Source: Bdellovibrionota bacterium
GTDB lineage: Bacteria; Bdellovibrionota; UBA1018; CAIPTA01; JAALKR01
Assembly: GCA_965207455.1 (NCBI GenBank)
Contig: CBDBMJ010000001.1
Coordinates: 1,120,001 to 1,184,000, forward strand
Length of the DNA stretch: 64,000 nt
Direction: 5' to 3'
Part shown: positions 10,032 to 18,560 of the stretch, one piece after another
How the letters are laid out: every line of letters starts with the position of its first letter
Position numbering within the stretch: the stretch's first letter is position 1
Made by a program: the position numbers and the translations under genes
The notes under the pieces: generated by a model
What the model was told of the DNA's origin: nothing
Seen by the model: the letters and a program-made list of their open reading frames with translations, nothing else
The model's database searches: none

Positions 10032-11513
10032 ATGATGGCACTAGAAATAAAAGCAAGTTTAAAGCTAAGTCAAAGCCTGGTGATGACTCCTCAGTTGCAA
10101 CAAGCTATCAAACTCCTGCAACTAAACCGCCATGAAATGCAACAGATGATCAATCAAGAACTGGTGGAAAACCCCCTCCTAGAGGAGGTGGGAGCAGAAA
10201 TAGAAGAGTTGGAAAAAACAGACCTAGAGGACAAGGAGTTGGAGGGTCCCAGTTCTGCTGAATCCATGCAACCGTCCAGTGAAAATAAATTAGTGGAAGG
10301 TAAGGCCGATGATATTGATTGGGAAGAATACATGGAAAGCTTTACTTCCAGCCCACCGCTGCCCAATACAAAGTCAGCCCCTGAGGAATTACCAAATTTT
10401 GAAAACATGGTTTCCAAGGAAATGAACTTGGTGGATCACCTTATGTGGCAGGCAGGCACGTCGGGAATGACCTTGAAGGAAATGGAGCTTTGTCGCCATA
10501 TCGTGGGTAACTTGAATGAGGACGGTCACTTTATGGGTTCTCTCGAAGATATAACTCAAGAACTGAGCTTTGATATCGAAGACGCCCAGGAAGTTTTAAA
10601 AATGATTCAAAAGTTTGATCCCGTGGGAGTGGCGTCACGGGATCTGAGGGAATGTTTACTCAATCAAATAGGAGTGACGGAAGAAAATGAAGACTCCCTA
10701 TTGGTAGATGTAATTTCCAACCATTTAGATAATTTAGAAAACCGAAACTACCAGGCCATCATAAAAGCCACAGGCCATTCTTTAGAAGATATCTACACCA
10801 TAACGAAGCAGATACTGCAACTAAACCCCAAGCCGGGAAGGGAATTTACGTCGATGGCTAATACCCAATATATCGTCCCTGACATTTATGTGGCAAAAGT
10901 GGGAGACGAGTACACCATTACGTTAAATGAAGAGGGGCTTCCCAACCTCCGTGTATCCAGTTATTACCGAAAGGTTCTCAAGCAAACACGCCTAGAGGCA
11001 AAATCAAAAGGAGACAATTCCAAGGAATATATACAGGAAAAGCTCCGCTCTGCTGTATGGCTTATTAAATCCATTCACAACCGACAAAAAACTATCTATC
11101 GCGTGATGGAATCCATTGTGGACTACCAACGAGATTTTTTTGATCGGGGAATCCAGCACCTGCGTCCCATGGTTTTACGGGAAGTTGCCAACGACGTGGG
11201 AGTGCATGAAAGCACCATCTCCAGAGTAACCACAAATAAATATGCCCATACCCCCATGGGGATTTTTGAGTTAAAGTTTTTCTTTAATAGCGGCATACCC
11301 TCCACTCGCAGTGGCACTGATATTTCCAGCGAAAGCGTGAGACAAAAAATTAGAAAAATGATCGAGTCCGAGAATTCAATGAAGCCCCTTTCCGATAAAA
11401 AACTCTCGGATCTGCTCAAAGAAGAAGACATACAGGTTGCTAGAAGAACCATAGCAAAATACCGGGAAAGTTTGAGTATATTGAGCTCTACCCGTAGGAA
11501 AAAATTATTTTAA
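10032..11513 (+). CDS. rpoN: RNA polymerase sigma-54 factor
   Basis: MTPQLQQAIKLLQL, HESTISR, RpoN box ARRTIAKYRE. Confidence 0.98.
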   Translation: MMALEIKASLKLSQSLVMTPQLQQAIKLLQLNRHEMQQMINQELVENPLLEEVGAEIEELEKTDLEDKELEGPSSAESMQPSSENKLVEGKADDIDWEEYMESFTSSPPLPNTKSAPEELPNFENMVSKEMNLVDHLMWQAGTSGMTLKEMELCRHIVGNLNEDGHFMGSLEDITQELSFDIEDAQEVLKMIQKFDPVGVASRDLRECLLNQIGVTEENEDSLLVDVISNHLDNLENRNYQAIIKATGHSLEDIYTITKQILQLNPKPGREFTSMANTQYIVPDIYVAKVGDEYTITLNEEGLPNLRVSSYYRKVLKQTRLEAKSKGDNSKEYIQEKLRSAVWLIKSIHNRQKTIYRVMESIVDYQRDFFDRGIQHLRPMVLREVANDVGVHESTISRVTTNKYAHTPMGIFELKFFFNSGIPSTRSGTDISSESVRQKIRKMIESENSMKPLSDKKLSDLLKEEDIQVARRTIAKYRESLSILSSTRRKKLF

Positions 11514-11539
11514 CAACAACAAGAAAAGGAGACAAAATT

Positions 11540-11833
11540 ATGAGACTGGACATAACCCTAAAACACATTAACCACAGCGAGGAAATAAAGAGTTTTATCA
11601 ACGATAAAACACAAAAACTCACCCATTATTTTCATGGAAAAATCCATGCGGTTTGGACCATATCCTATGAACGGGATACCCATATATCTCACCTCCATGT
11701 GTTGGGAAATTCCATAGATTACTATTCGAACCACGAGGATCATAATATTTTAACTTCCATAGAGCACGCCGTGAGTAAGTTGGAAAAACAGTTGAAGAAG
11801 AAAAAGGAACAGCGGATTTCCAGAAGTGCTTAG
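11540..11833 (+). CDS. hpf: Ribosome hibernation promoting factor (short HPF/RaiA)
   Basis: 97 aa directly after rpoN; 'SIEHAVSKLEKQLKKKKE'. Confidence 0.85.
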   Translation: MRLDITLKHINHSEEIKSFINDKTQKLTHYFHGKIHAVWTISYERDTHISHLHVLGNSIDYYSNHEDHNILTSIEHAVSKLEKQLKKKKEQRISRSA

Positions 11834-11850
11834 GCTCTAAAAGGTAAGAG

Positions 11851-12873
11851 ATGAGCCAAACAAACATTTGCCTTAGAAGAGAGTCCCGACTCACGGAAAG
11901 GCGCACTCCCCTTTCCCCCGAAGATGCCCGCACCCTTATAAAATCTGGTCTTCAACTATGGGTGGAAACGAGTACTCAGCGTATATTTAAAGACGGAGAG
12001 TACGAAAACGCTGGCTGCACCATGATCGACTCCTGGGAAACCACTCCCACCCAAACATGGATTCTAGGACTTAAGGAACTCAAAGAGTCGGCTCACCTTT
12101 GCCACCGCCATATCTATTTTGCCCACGCCTTTAAGGGACAACCCCAAGCCCAACAAACCCTCTCCCGATTTGTGGCTGGAGGAGGAGGACTCTACGATCT
12201 GGAATACCTTACCCACCCGGACGGCACTCGAGTAGTGGCCTTTGGATTTTGGGCTGGTTATATGGGAGCCTCCCTAGGCGTTCTGCAAATGCTGGGAAAA
12301 CTCAACTCCCTAGAAACCTTTGATCACGAAGATCTACAAGCCCAACTCCAAGGTAATACCAAGGATATAAAGGCGCTTATAATCGGTCCAGGTGGTCGCT
12401 GTGGAGCGGGAGCCGCCTCTGCTCTATCTGAGGCCCATATCCAACCAACCGGCTGGGGCAAAAAGCATACAAAAAACATCAACCACGAAGAACTCTTTAC
12501 TCACCACCTGCTCATCAATGCAGTTGGGACTTATGGCAACGCTAAACCCTTCTTAACCAAGCAATTGATCGACGAGCACAAGGACCGCAAACTCCACACC
12601 ATCGTGGATGTAACCTGCGATCTGGGTTCCAAGTCCAATGCACTACCCATTTACAAACAGCTAACCACATGGAAGGATCCCGCCCAAGAAATTGCCCCCA
12701 ACCTATATATTATTGCTATCGATAACCTTCCCTCACTCCTACCCAAGGAAAGCAGTCTAGATTTTTCCCGTATCCTTACTCCCCATCTCTTAACACTAGA
12801 GCAGGGAGGAAACACTCCTTGGACCCGAACGTATGAGTGCTTTCAGTCGGCTATTGCTAACCTTGAAAAATAG
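11851..12873 (+). CDS. Saccharopine dehydrogenase (NAD+, lysine-forming; Lys1-like, AlaDH/PNT fold)
   Basis: LRRE..ERRTPLSP, LGLKEL, HIYFAHAFKGQ, LYDLEYL, RVVAFGFWAG, GRCGAGA, DVTCD, IDNLPSLLPKESS. Confidence 0.85.
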   Translation: MSQTNICLRRESRLTERRTPLSPEDARTLIKSGLQLWVETSTQRIFKDGEYENAGCTMIDSWETTPTQTWILGLKELKESAHLCHRHIYFAHAFKGQPQAQQTLSRFVAGGGGLYDLEYLTHPDGTRVVAFGFWAGYMGASLGVLQMLGKLNSLETFDHEDLQAQLQGNTKDIKALIIGPGGRCGAGAASALSEAHIQPTGWGKKHTKNINHEELFTHHLLINAVGTYGNAKPFLTKQLIDEHKDRKLHTIVDVTCDLGSKSNALPIYKQLTTWKDPAQEIAPNLYIIAIDNLPSLLPKESSLDFSRILTPHLLTLEQGGNTPWTRTYECFQSAIANLEK

Positions 12874-12986
12874 CGGCTTACAACTAGGGTTCAAGTGAAT
12901 AAAAATTATTTCCTTTTTCTATTGCGTTTTGTGCGACGTTGCGTATATTCTCTATATTAGAATAAACAACTGGAGAACTATAGTTT

Positions 12987-13463
12987 ATGAGTCAGATTAA
13001 TTACTCAAAGATATTCATCAGCAATCTTAACTTATACATGAAAGCAAAAAACTTAGACCAAGCAGAGGTGGCAAGAAAATCCGGACTTCTCCCCCAGGAA
13101 ATCTATAAATACCTACGGGGAAAGCGCTCTCCGGGCCTAAAAAATATATGTAGAATAGCATCAGCATTGGGAATCAGCCCAGCCCTTCTCCTATCCCATG
13201 AATCCATTCCAGTGGATTATATCCCCCAAGAGAAGTTAAATAGCATACTCATTAAGGTTATGGGCGAAATGAAAAAAGATCAGGTGCTGTTTAAAAATCT
13301 AACTGTAGCGAAGCCTGAGAATCTTCAACAAATGATAGAAAACCTCGGTGGCTGGAATAATTTATATTTTTTATTAAAAGAGGAAATGCACCTGCAAAAA
13401 ATGGGAGAAGAGAATTTTCAAAAATTACGAGATGATTTATTGAAAAAAACACTATTTGCTTAA
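12987..13463 (+). CDS. XRE-family HTH regulator
   Basis: QAEVARKSGL..IYKYLRGKRSPGL..IASALGI. Confidence 0.85.
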   Translation: MSQINYSKIFISNLNLYMKAKNLDQAEVARKSGLLPQEIYKYLRGKRSPGLKNICRIASALGISPALLLSHESIPVDYIPQEKLNSILIKVMGEMKKDQVLFKNLTVAKPENLQQMIENLGGWNNLYFLLKEEMHLQKMGEENFQKLRDDLLKKTLFA

Positions 13464-13475
13464 CCAGATTTTAAG

Positions 13476-13817
13476 GTGAGAGAGAGCATGTCAAACGCAT
13501 CAAGATTTTTAAAAGCTATTCGCTTGCGAAGAAGTTGGTCTGAAAGCCATGTTGCCTATAACGCTAAAATGACCACAGAAGCCTATTTAGATATTGAGAG
13601 CGATCCCTGTAGTGTTCCTCAAAAAACTCTAAATAAAGTATTCGATGCCCTAAAAGTCACCGAAGATGAATACACAGACTTTCAAATAGTTGCCAGACAG
13701 GAGATGTCTGAAGCAAGAAAAAAGGATAGGGAAAAACTCAAAATTGTGCCACTACATAAATCCATTGGCATCAATGATGAGAAAAAAGAAAAGAATGAAA
13801 AGTGTAAGCCCAAATAA
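13476..13817 (+). CDS. Small XRE-like HTH protein
   Basis: LKAIRLRRSWSESHVA..YLDIE pattern. Confidence 0.6.
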   Translation: MRESMSNASRFLKAIRLRRSWSESHVAYNAKMTTEAYLDIESDPCSVPQKTLNKVFDALKVTEDEYTDFQIVARQEMSEARKKDREKLKIVPLHKSIGINDEKKEKNEKCKPK

Positions 13818-13917
13818 TCCATGGGCTAGCAAAATAGAACACCACTAATCTTGCTTCCTCTCTAGGAGCCTCTCCCCCAGCCTTCTCACAGGAATAAAAC
13901 TCGCATAGCCCCCATCC

Positions 13918-14517
13918 ATGTGGTCTCTTCTTTTCCAACCCTTTGTCTGCCTCCATTGTGAATCTCCCTTAGGTCACTGCCGACCCCAAGCCCTTTGCCA
14001 ATCTTGCTATGCGTCATTCAGCCCTTCCTCCCATCCCCATTCCTTATTTTCCTATACTCCGGTTGCCCAAACCCTGCTCCATCAAATGAACAAACGCCAT
14101 AACCCGCTATGCTTGAATATTTTTCTAAGTGCTTTATTAAAAAAAATCCAGCCACTCCAGAAACCTTGGGACTGCATCCTTACCGCTCCCAGCACACCGA
14201 GAATTATACCCAACTCCTTGGAGCGATTGTGCTTCCAGCTCTCCTCCCATCTCGAAATACCTTATTATTGGAGAGTGCTCCTAAAGAAAAAAAAGAGTCC
14301 TGCCCAGCACACAAAAACAGCCCAACAACGCCTAGACAGCCCCATTTTTATGGAAAAAAATCCTAAGCGTATGTTTCCATTGGAAAAAAAGAGAATTCTA
14401 TTGATTGACGACGTATACACAACGGGCACAACCACACTGCAAGCCCAGCATATACTCTCCCAAACCCAGGGCACTCGTGTAAGTGCATACACCCTAGTAC
14501 GACGAGAGGATCGCTAA
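13918..14517 (+). CDS. comF: ComF-family phosphoribosyltransferase-like competence protein
   Basis: N-terminal CxxC..CxxC, C-terminal ILLIDDVYTTGTT. Confidence 0.85.
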   Translation: MWSLLFQPFVCLHCESPLGHCRPQALCQSCYASFSPSSHPHSLFSYTPVAQTLLHQMNKRHNPLCLNIFLSALLKKIQPLQKPWDCILTAPSTPRIIPNSLERLCFQLSSHLEIPYYWRVLLKKKKSPAQHTKTAQQRLDSPIFMEKNPKRMFPLEKKRILLIDDVYTTGTTTLQAQHILSQTQGTRVSAYTLVRREDR

Positions 14518-14996
14518 TAATGGATCTTCAACTGCTCCGAATCCTTGTGACCATGTTCTGCGAATTTAGAAATAAACTTCACAAAATAGAAAAGCGCTTT
14601 ATAGGATTTTGTGCCCTTATCAATCACAGCACCATACCTACGAACCGCTCTTCCATACTCAATGGAATTTATTGCTTGCACTATTTTTATGGAAACAGGT
14701 AAATAACTATCGGGGGAAAAGTATAGACGAAGATTGATATTGTCGTCCTTATCCCATTTCATTTTGCTGTTTTGAGACACACGAAAAGACATATCCCCTG
14801 CACTAATATCAATCATCTCAATGGCGTGTAAATCCTCTTGCTCCGCTTTGGCATACACACCTAAAAAATCTCGAAAAAGTACACGCTCATAGGAGCGCTT
14901 ACGCTTTTCTATCTCATTTTTCCTTGCACCATCAAAATTTAGCACATCTCCTAAAAAATGTTTTTCTTTACCAACCATAGTATTTGCCCTCACCAA
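14514..14996 (-). CDS. PilZ-domain protein
   Basis: RSYER (RxxxR) and DISAG motifs; start may be 14979 region. Confidence 0.7.
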   Translation of the reverse strand: MVRANTMVGKEKHFLGDVLNFDGARKNEIEKRKRSYERVLFRDFLGVYAKAEQEDLHAIEMIDISAGDMSFRVSQNSKMKWDKDDNINLRLYFSPDSYLPVSIKIVQAINSIEYGRAVRRYGAVIDKGTKSYKALFYFVKFISKFAEHGHKDSEQLKIHY

Positions 14997-15047
14997 TAGT
15001 ACTTAACTGGCGTTTCGGCAGAAAATAAAGAAACTAAAGATAAATCT

Positions 15048-15404
15048 TCACACGTTTTCTTCAGGGAATACGGCACAGTCTATAGCCGTCTCTAGGAAAG
15101 ACAGGAAGTGGGAAAGGGCCTTGACGGATTTCACTCTCTTATACTTAACCGCAACGGTATCGTTCTTTGCACGAACAACCCTTACACTAATGGGCAGATA
15201 AAAAGAAGGACATGTATATAAATGAATATTCAACTCTTGGTCTTTGGTATACTTCTCTCCTGAAAAAAAGCTAAGTCCAGTGGTGCTCACGTCTCGCATA
15301 TAAATACGAGACATTCCCTGCTGCTTAGGAATTACTAAAAAAAAAGAAAAGGCATCTTGAATAGCTAGCCTACGATTCTTCCTACGCTCGTCTTCTCTAC
15401 TCAT
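15048..15404 (-). CDS. PilZ-domain protein
   Basis: RKNRR and DVSTTG motifs. Confidence 0.8.
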   Translation of the reverse strand: MSREDERRKNRRLAIQDAFSFFLVIPKQQGMSRIYMRDVSTTGLSFFSGEKYTKDQELNIHLYTCPSFYLPISVRVVRAKNDTVAVKYKRVKSVKALSHFLSFLETAIDCAVFPEENV

Positions 15405-15413
15405 TCCACTATC

Positions 15414-17255
15414 CTAGCGAGGAACAGCCCAGCTGGATTCTGGACCTTTGGTTCCATTCATCACCAATATATCTATGGGCTTCGTCGAAGGAGTAGCATT
15501 CTGGAAATGTTCCAACCCAAACCTATGGGCTAGGAGTTCTGCCACTGCAGACTCTTGAGCTGGCTCTGCAGACACCACCCGTTGCGTCTGGATTTTTAAT
15601 AGTGCTAAAAAACGTAAAAGCTTTTGGTGGTGTACGGGATAAAAGGCTTGCTTTTGAAAATCAGCCCCACTTAACTTTTGCTTTAATAGAGTTTCAATCT
15701 GATTGAGTACCGTATTTGTCTGAATCATAAATTGCTTCCAGGGACTCATCAATATAACAGGAATTAAGGGCTTAGAAGTGCTTGCCAAGGCTCTCCAAAT
15801 AGTGGCTCCCTCTACCTTTAGGAAAGTCCCTAGTTGATCTCTGATGAGTTGTTCCTGCTCAAGGGAAGTCCGTATCATTTCCTTCAATTCCCCCACTTCA
15901 TCTTGATAGCGTTTGCCTAGGGTAAGCTCATATTCCTTCATCTTATTTTTGTATATTTCTCTGTTCTTTGGACCCACAAAGATATTCTCTTTAAATTTTG
16001 CTGTGGGAAATTTTTTCGACATAACTGTGATGGAATAATGCCCCATAGGTATGGGCTTCCCCCGATCACTAAGTGGACCAACTTTAGCCAGACGGGTGTC
16101 TGCCACCAGCCCCCCTTTCTTTACGGTATAAAAAGTCTTGCCGATAATCTTTCCTGGCAATGCCTCCAAGTGAACTTGCAGCGCCGTACCCGGTGGAGCA
16201 TTGCTAGCAACATAAAAGATGGGATTGTACACACTGGTCTTAGACTTTGCTGCCACAAAGGCAATGCCTTGAGAACTTGGCTGCCCAGCAACCACTTTCA
16301 TCTTTTCATACGCACTGGCGTTCACATCGTCCAACTTAGGTAAAGTAGAAGAATAAAACTGCCAATAAAAAACTAAACCTACCAAAACAACAAGCATAGA
16401 GGTACCCATAAAGAGTTTTTTCCCATATTTTCGTTTTTCCACCCCAACATTTTCCATATCCTCATGGAAAACGTCTGTGTTTTCTTTCGTCACTTCCTTA
16501 CCAAAATCTAGGGTCAGGTCCTCTGCCAAAACAGTTGGTGCTTTAGGAAACGGATCCACAAGGCCAGGTTGCTTGCCTTCCAGTATTAACTTGAGTTCTG
16601 GAATACAGGTGGCATCTTGGAAATCCAACCATCCTGAACGCCAAAGCTGGAAGCCAGCAGCAAGCTCTCCCCCTTTTAGCATCTTATGGATACTCTCCAT
16701 GGAAAGCATGCCCGACACCTTGTTACCCGTACCTCGAACAATCCAGAGCGGTTGGCTGGAGTCCACCTCCATAGTGCCTTTTACTATATTTTGTACTGCA
16801 CCCATGGGAAGGACTTTTGTAAAAGACTCCTCTTCTCCTTGTTGCCCCTCCTCAGGAGAACCTAAAATCTTAAAATCTTCTTTATTTTTTAAATCTTGAT
16901 TGATATCCCAATTCGTCAAACTATGGATGGAAGTGCCCAATTCTATGGATTGAGGGTCCACAGCACCCTCATCGTCTCCCTGTAGAATAAATGGATCATC
17001 TAGGAATGAGGTTTTGCTTGCCTCTTCTTGTCCCTTTATGGCAGCGGGGTTCGTGGCCTCCTTGGACTCTAAAAAAACATGGAGTTCTAGAACAGTGGAA
17101 AGGGGCTGCCACTCTGCCATCCCGTCCTTCCAAACAAGGGTACTTGCCGTCAATAAGCCTTGGGAAATTTTAGCCGCTACCTCACCTTTGGTAAAGGGCC
17201 CCTCGTGCTTTTTCGCAAGGTAAAGAAACCAGATCTTTTCATCATTTTCTGTCAT
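15414..17255 (-). CDS. Membrane-anchored protein with two GYF_2 (DUF4339)-like domains
   Basis: WFLY..HEGPF..LVWKDGMAEW plus a second copy (LWRSGWLDF); single TM; ATG at 17255 avoids overlap with the opposite gene. Confidence 0.75.
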   Translation of the reverse strand: MTENDEKIWFLYLAKKHEGPFTKGEVAAKISQGLLTASTLVWKDGMAEWQPLSTVLELHVFLESKEATNPAAIKGQEEASKTSFLDDPFILQGDDEGAVDPQSIELGTSIHSLTNWDINQDLKNKEDFKILGSPEEGQQGEEESFTKVLPMGAVQNIVKGTMEVDSSQPLWIVRGTGNKVSGMLSMESIHKMLKGGELAAGFQLWRSGWLDFQDATCIPELKLILEGKQPGLVDPFPKAPTVLAEDLTLDFGKEVTKENTDVFHEDMENVGVEKRKYGKKLFMGTSMLVVLVGLVFYWQFYSSTLPKLDDVNASAYEKMKVVAGQPSSQGIAFVAAKSKTSVYNPIFYVASNAPPGTALQVHLEALPGKIIGKTFYTVKKGGLVADTRLAKVGPLSDRGKPIPMGHYSITVMSKKFPTAKFKENIFVGPKNREIYKNKMKEYELTLGKRYQDEVGELKEMIRTSLEQEQLIRDQLGTFLKVEGATIWRALASTSKPLIPVILMSPWKQFMIQTNTVLNQIETLLKQKLSGADFQKQAFYPVHHQKLLRFLALLKIQTQRVVSAEPAQESAVAELLAHRFGLEHFQNATPSTKPIDILVMNGTKGPESSWAVPR

Positions 17256-17394
17256 ACCTACCCCAATACCTATACAATAAACCACTAATGGGGAAAAAAA
17301 AACAACTCTTTTGAGTATAGGAGCAGGAAATAACCCCCTGCGTCGCCATATTTTCACCCCTTCCTTTGCCAATTTAAGATAAAATAAATTTATT

Positions 17395-18354
17395 GTGGCA
17401 GTAAAAAAATTGAAAAATACACCCAATCCTGAACAGGAGGAATTTGAAAATGCTGCCACTCGCACCATCAATATACAAAGCAACAAGCTCCAGCTACAGA
17501 AAGAAAAGGCAAAAGTAAAAAATGCGGTGCTGATTATTATTCGAGGAAAGCCCCAAGGGGAAAAATATATTCTCACAGACTCCTTAGTTCTGGGTCGGGA
17601 TAAGTCGGCCGATATATGCATCCCGGACAATAGTATTAGCAGGGAGCACGCTCGTATTCAAAAAGCCTCCGATGGCTATACCTTAGAGGATCTAGGATCG
17701 TATAATGGCACCTTCCTAAACGATAAGAAACTCACCCGCATAAGCCCTTTACAAAAGGAAGATATAATAACCATTGGATCCACCATATTGAAATATATTC
17801 CAGCCGGCGAGTTGGAAATTCTCTATCAGGATAACCTCACCAATGCTGCTTATATAGACTCCCTAACCCAAGTCTATAATCGGAATTATATTACCCAGGT
17901 GTTGGAGGCAGAGTTTAAGCGCGCAAAAGCGCTCCATTCCGACTTCCCTATTCTACTATTCGACATCGATCATTTCAAAAGAATCAATGATAGCCTAGGC
18001 CACGATGCTGGAGACTTTGTTTTACGTCAACTCACGAAATTAATTAAAGATTCGGGGCTACGCGAGCGGGATCTCTTGGGACGCTGGGGGGGGGAGGAGT
18101 TTCTCTTACTTTCCATGAATTCCACAGAAGACGCTGCTCTAAGTATGGGGGAACGGATCCGAAAAAATATTGAAAATCATAGTTTCGACTATAACGGAGA
18201 AAAAATACAGGTCTCCATTAGTATTGGTATATCCAATCTAAAGCCCAGTCATAATTCCTATATGGATCTATATAAAGAAGCCGACCGGGCTTTGTACTCA
18301 TCCAAAGAAAATGGTCGCAATCTTACGACAGTCTTTAAAACCAAGAATCCTTAA
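17395..18354 (+). CDS. FHA-GGDEF diguanylate cyclase (DgcB-like architecture)
   Basis: FHA motifs LGR, SREH, DLGSYNGT; DIDHFK, GHDAGD, RxxD I-site (RERD) and GGEEF. Confidence 0.92.
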   Translation: MAVKKLKNTPNPEQEEFENAATRTINIQSNKLQLQKEKAKVKNAVLIIIRGKPQGEKYILTDSLVLGRDKSADICIPDNSISREHARIQKASDGYTLEDLGSYNGTFLNDKKLTRISPLQKEDIITIGSTILKYIPAGELEILYQDNLTNAAYIDSLTQVYNRNYITQVLEAEFKRAKALHSDFPILLFDIDHFKRINDSLGHDAGDFVLRQLTKLIKDSGLRERDLLGRWGGEEFLLLSMNSTEDAALSMGERIRKNIENHSFDYNGEKIQVSISIGISNLKPSHNSYMDLYKEADRALYSSKENGRNLTTVFKTKNP

Positions 18355-18560
18355 GCCTTAGAAAAAAACCTTAAAAGGTTTATTTCATAAAATTCATATT
18401 TTTAAAATGGAAAAAAGCTAAAAAAAAAGACATGTTGCATCATTTTTTTCTTGCATTGTGATTGAAATCGCTGTACTAACATTGCATCGCGTTATTAAAA
18501 CAACGTGGCGCATTATAAATTGATAAACATAAACCATAAACCTTGAAAGGAAAAAATACC

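Noticed and set aside
12920..12950. Imperfect palindrome GCGACGTTGC as an XRE operator
   Set aside because: Short, single and imperfect; cannot be distinguished from chance
17256..17630. N-terminal extension of the 738 aa ORF
   Set aside because: Overlaps the FHA-GGDEF gene on the opposite strand; the GYF_2 domain starts right after ATG 17255
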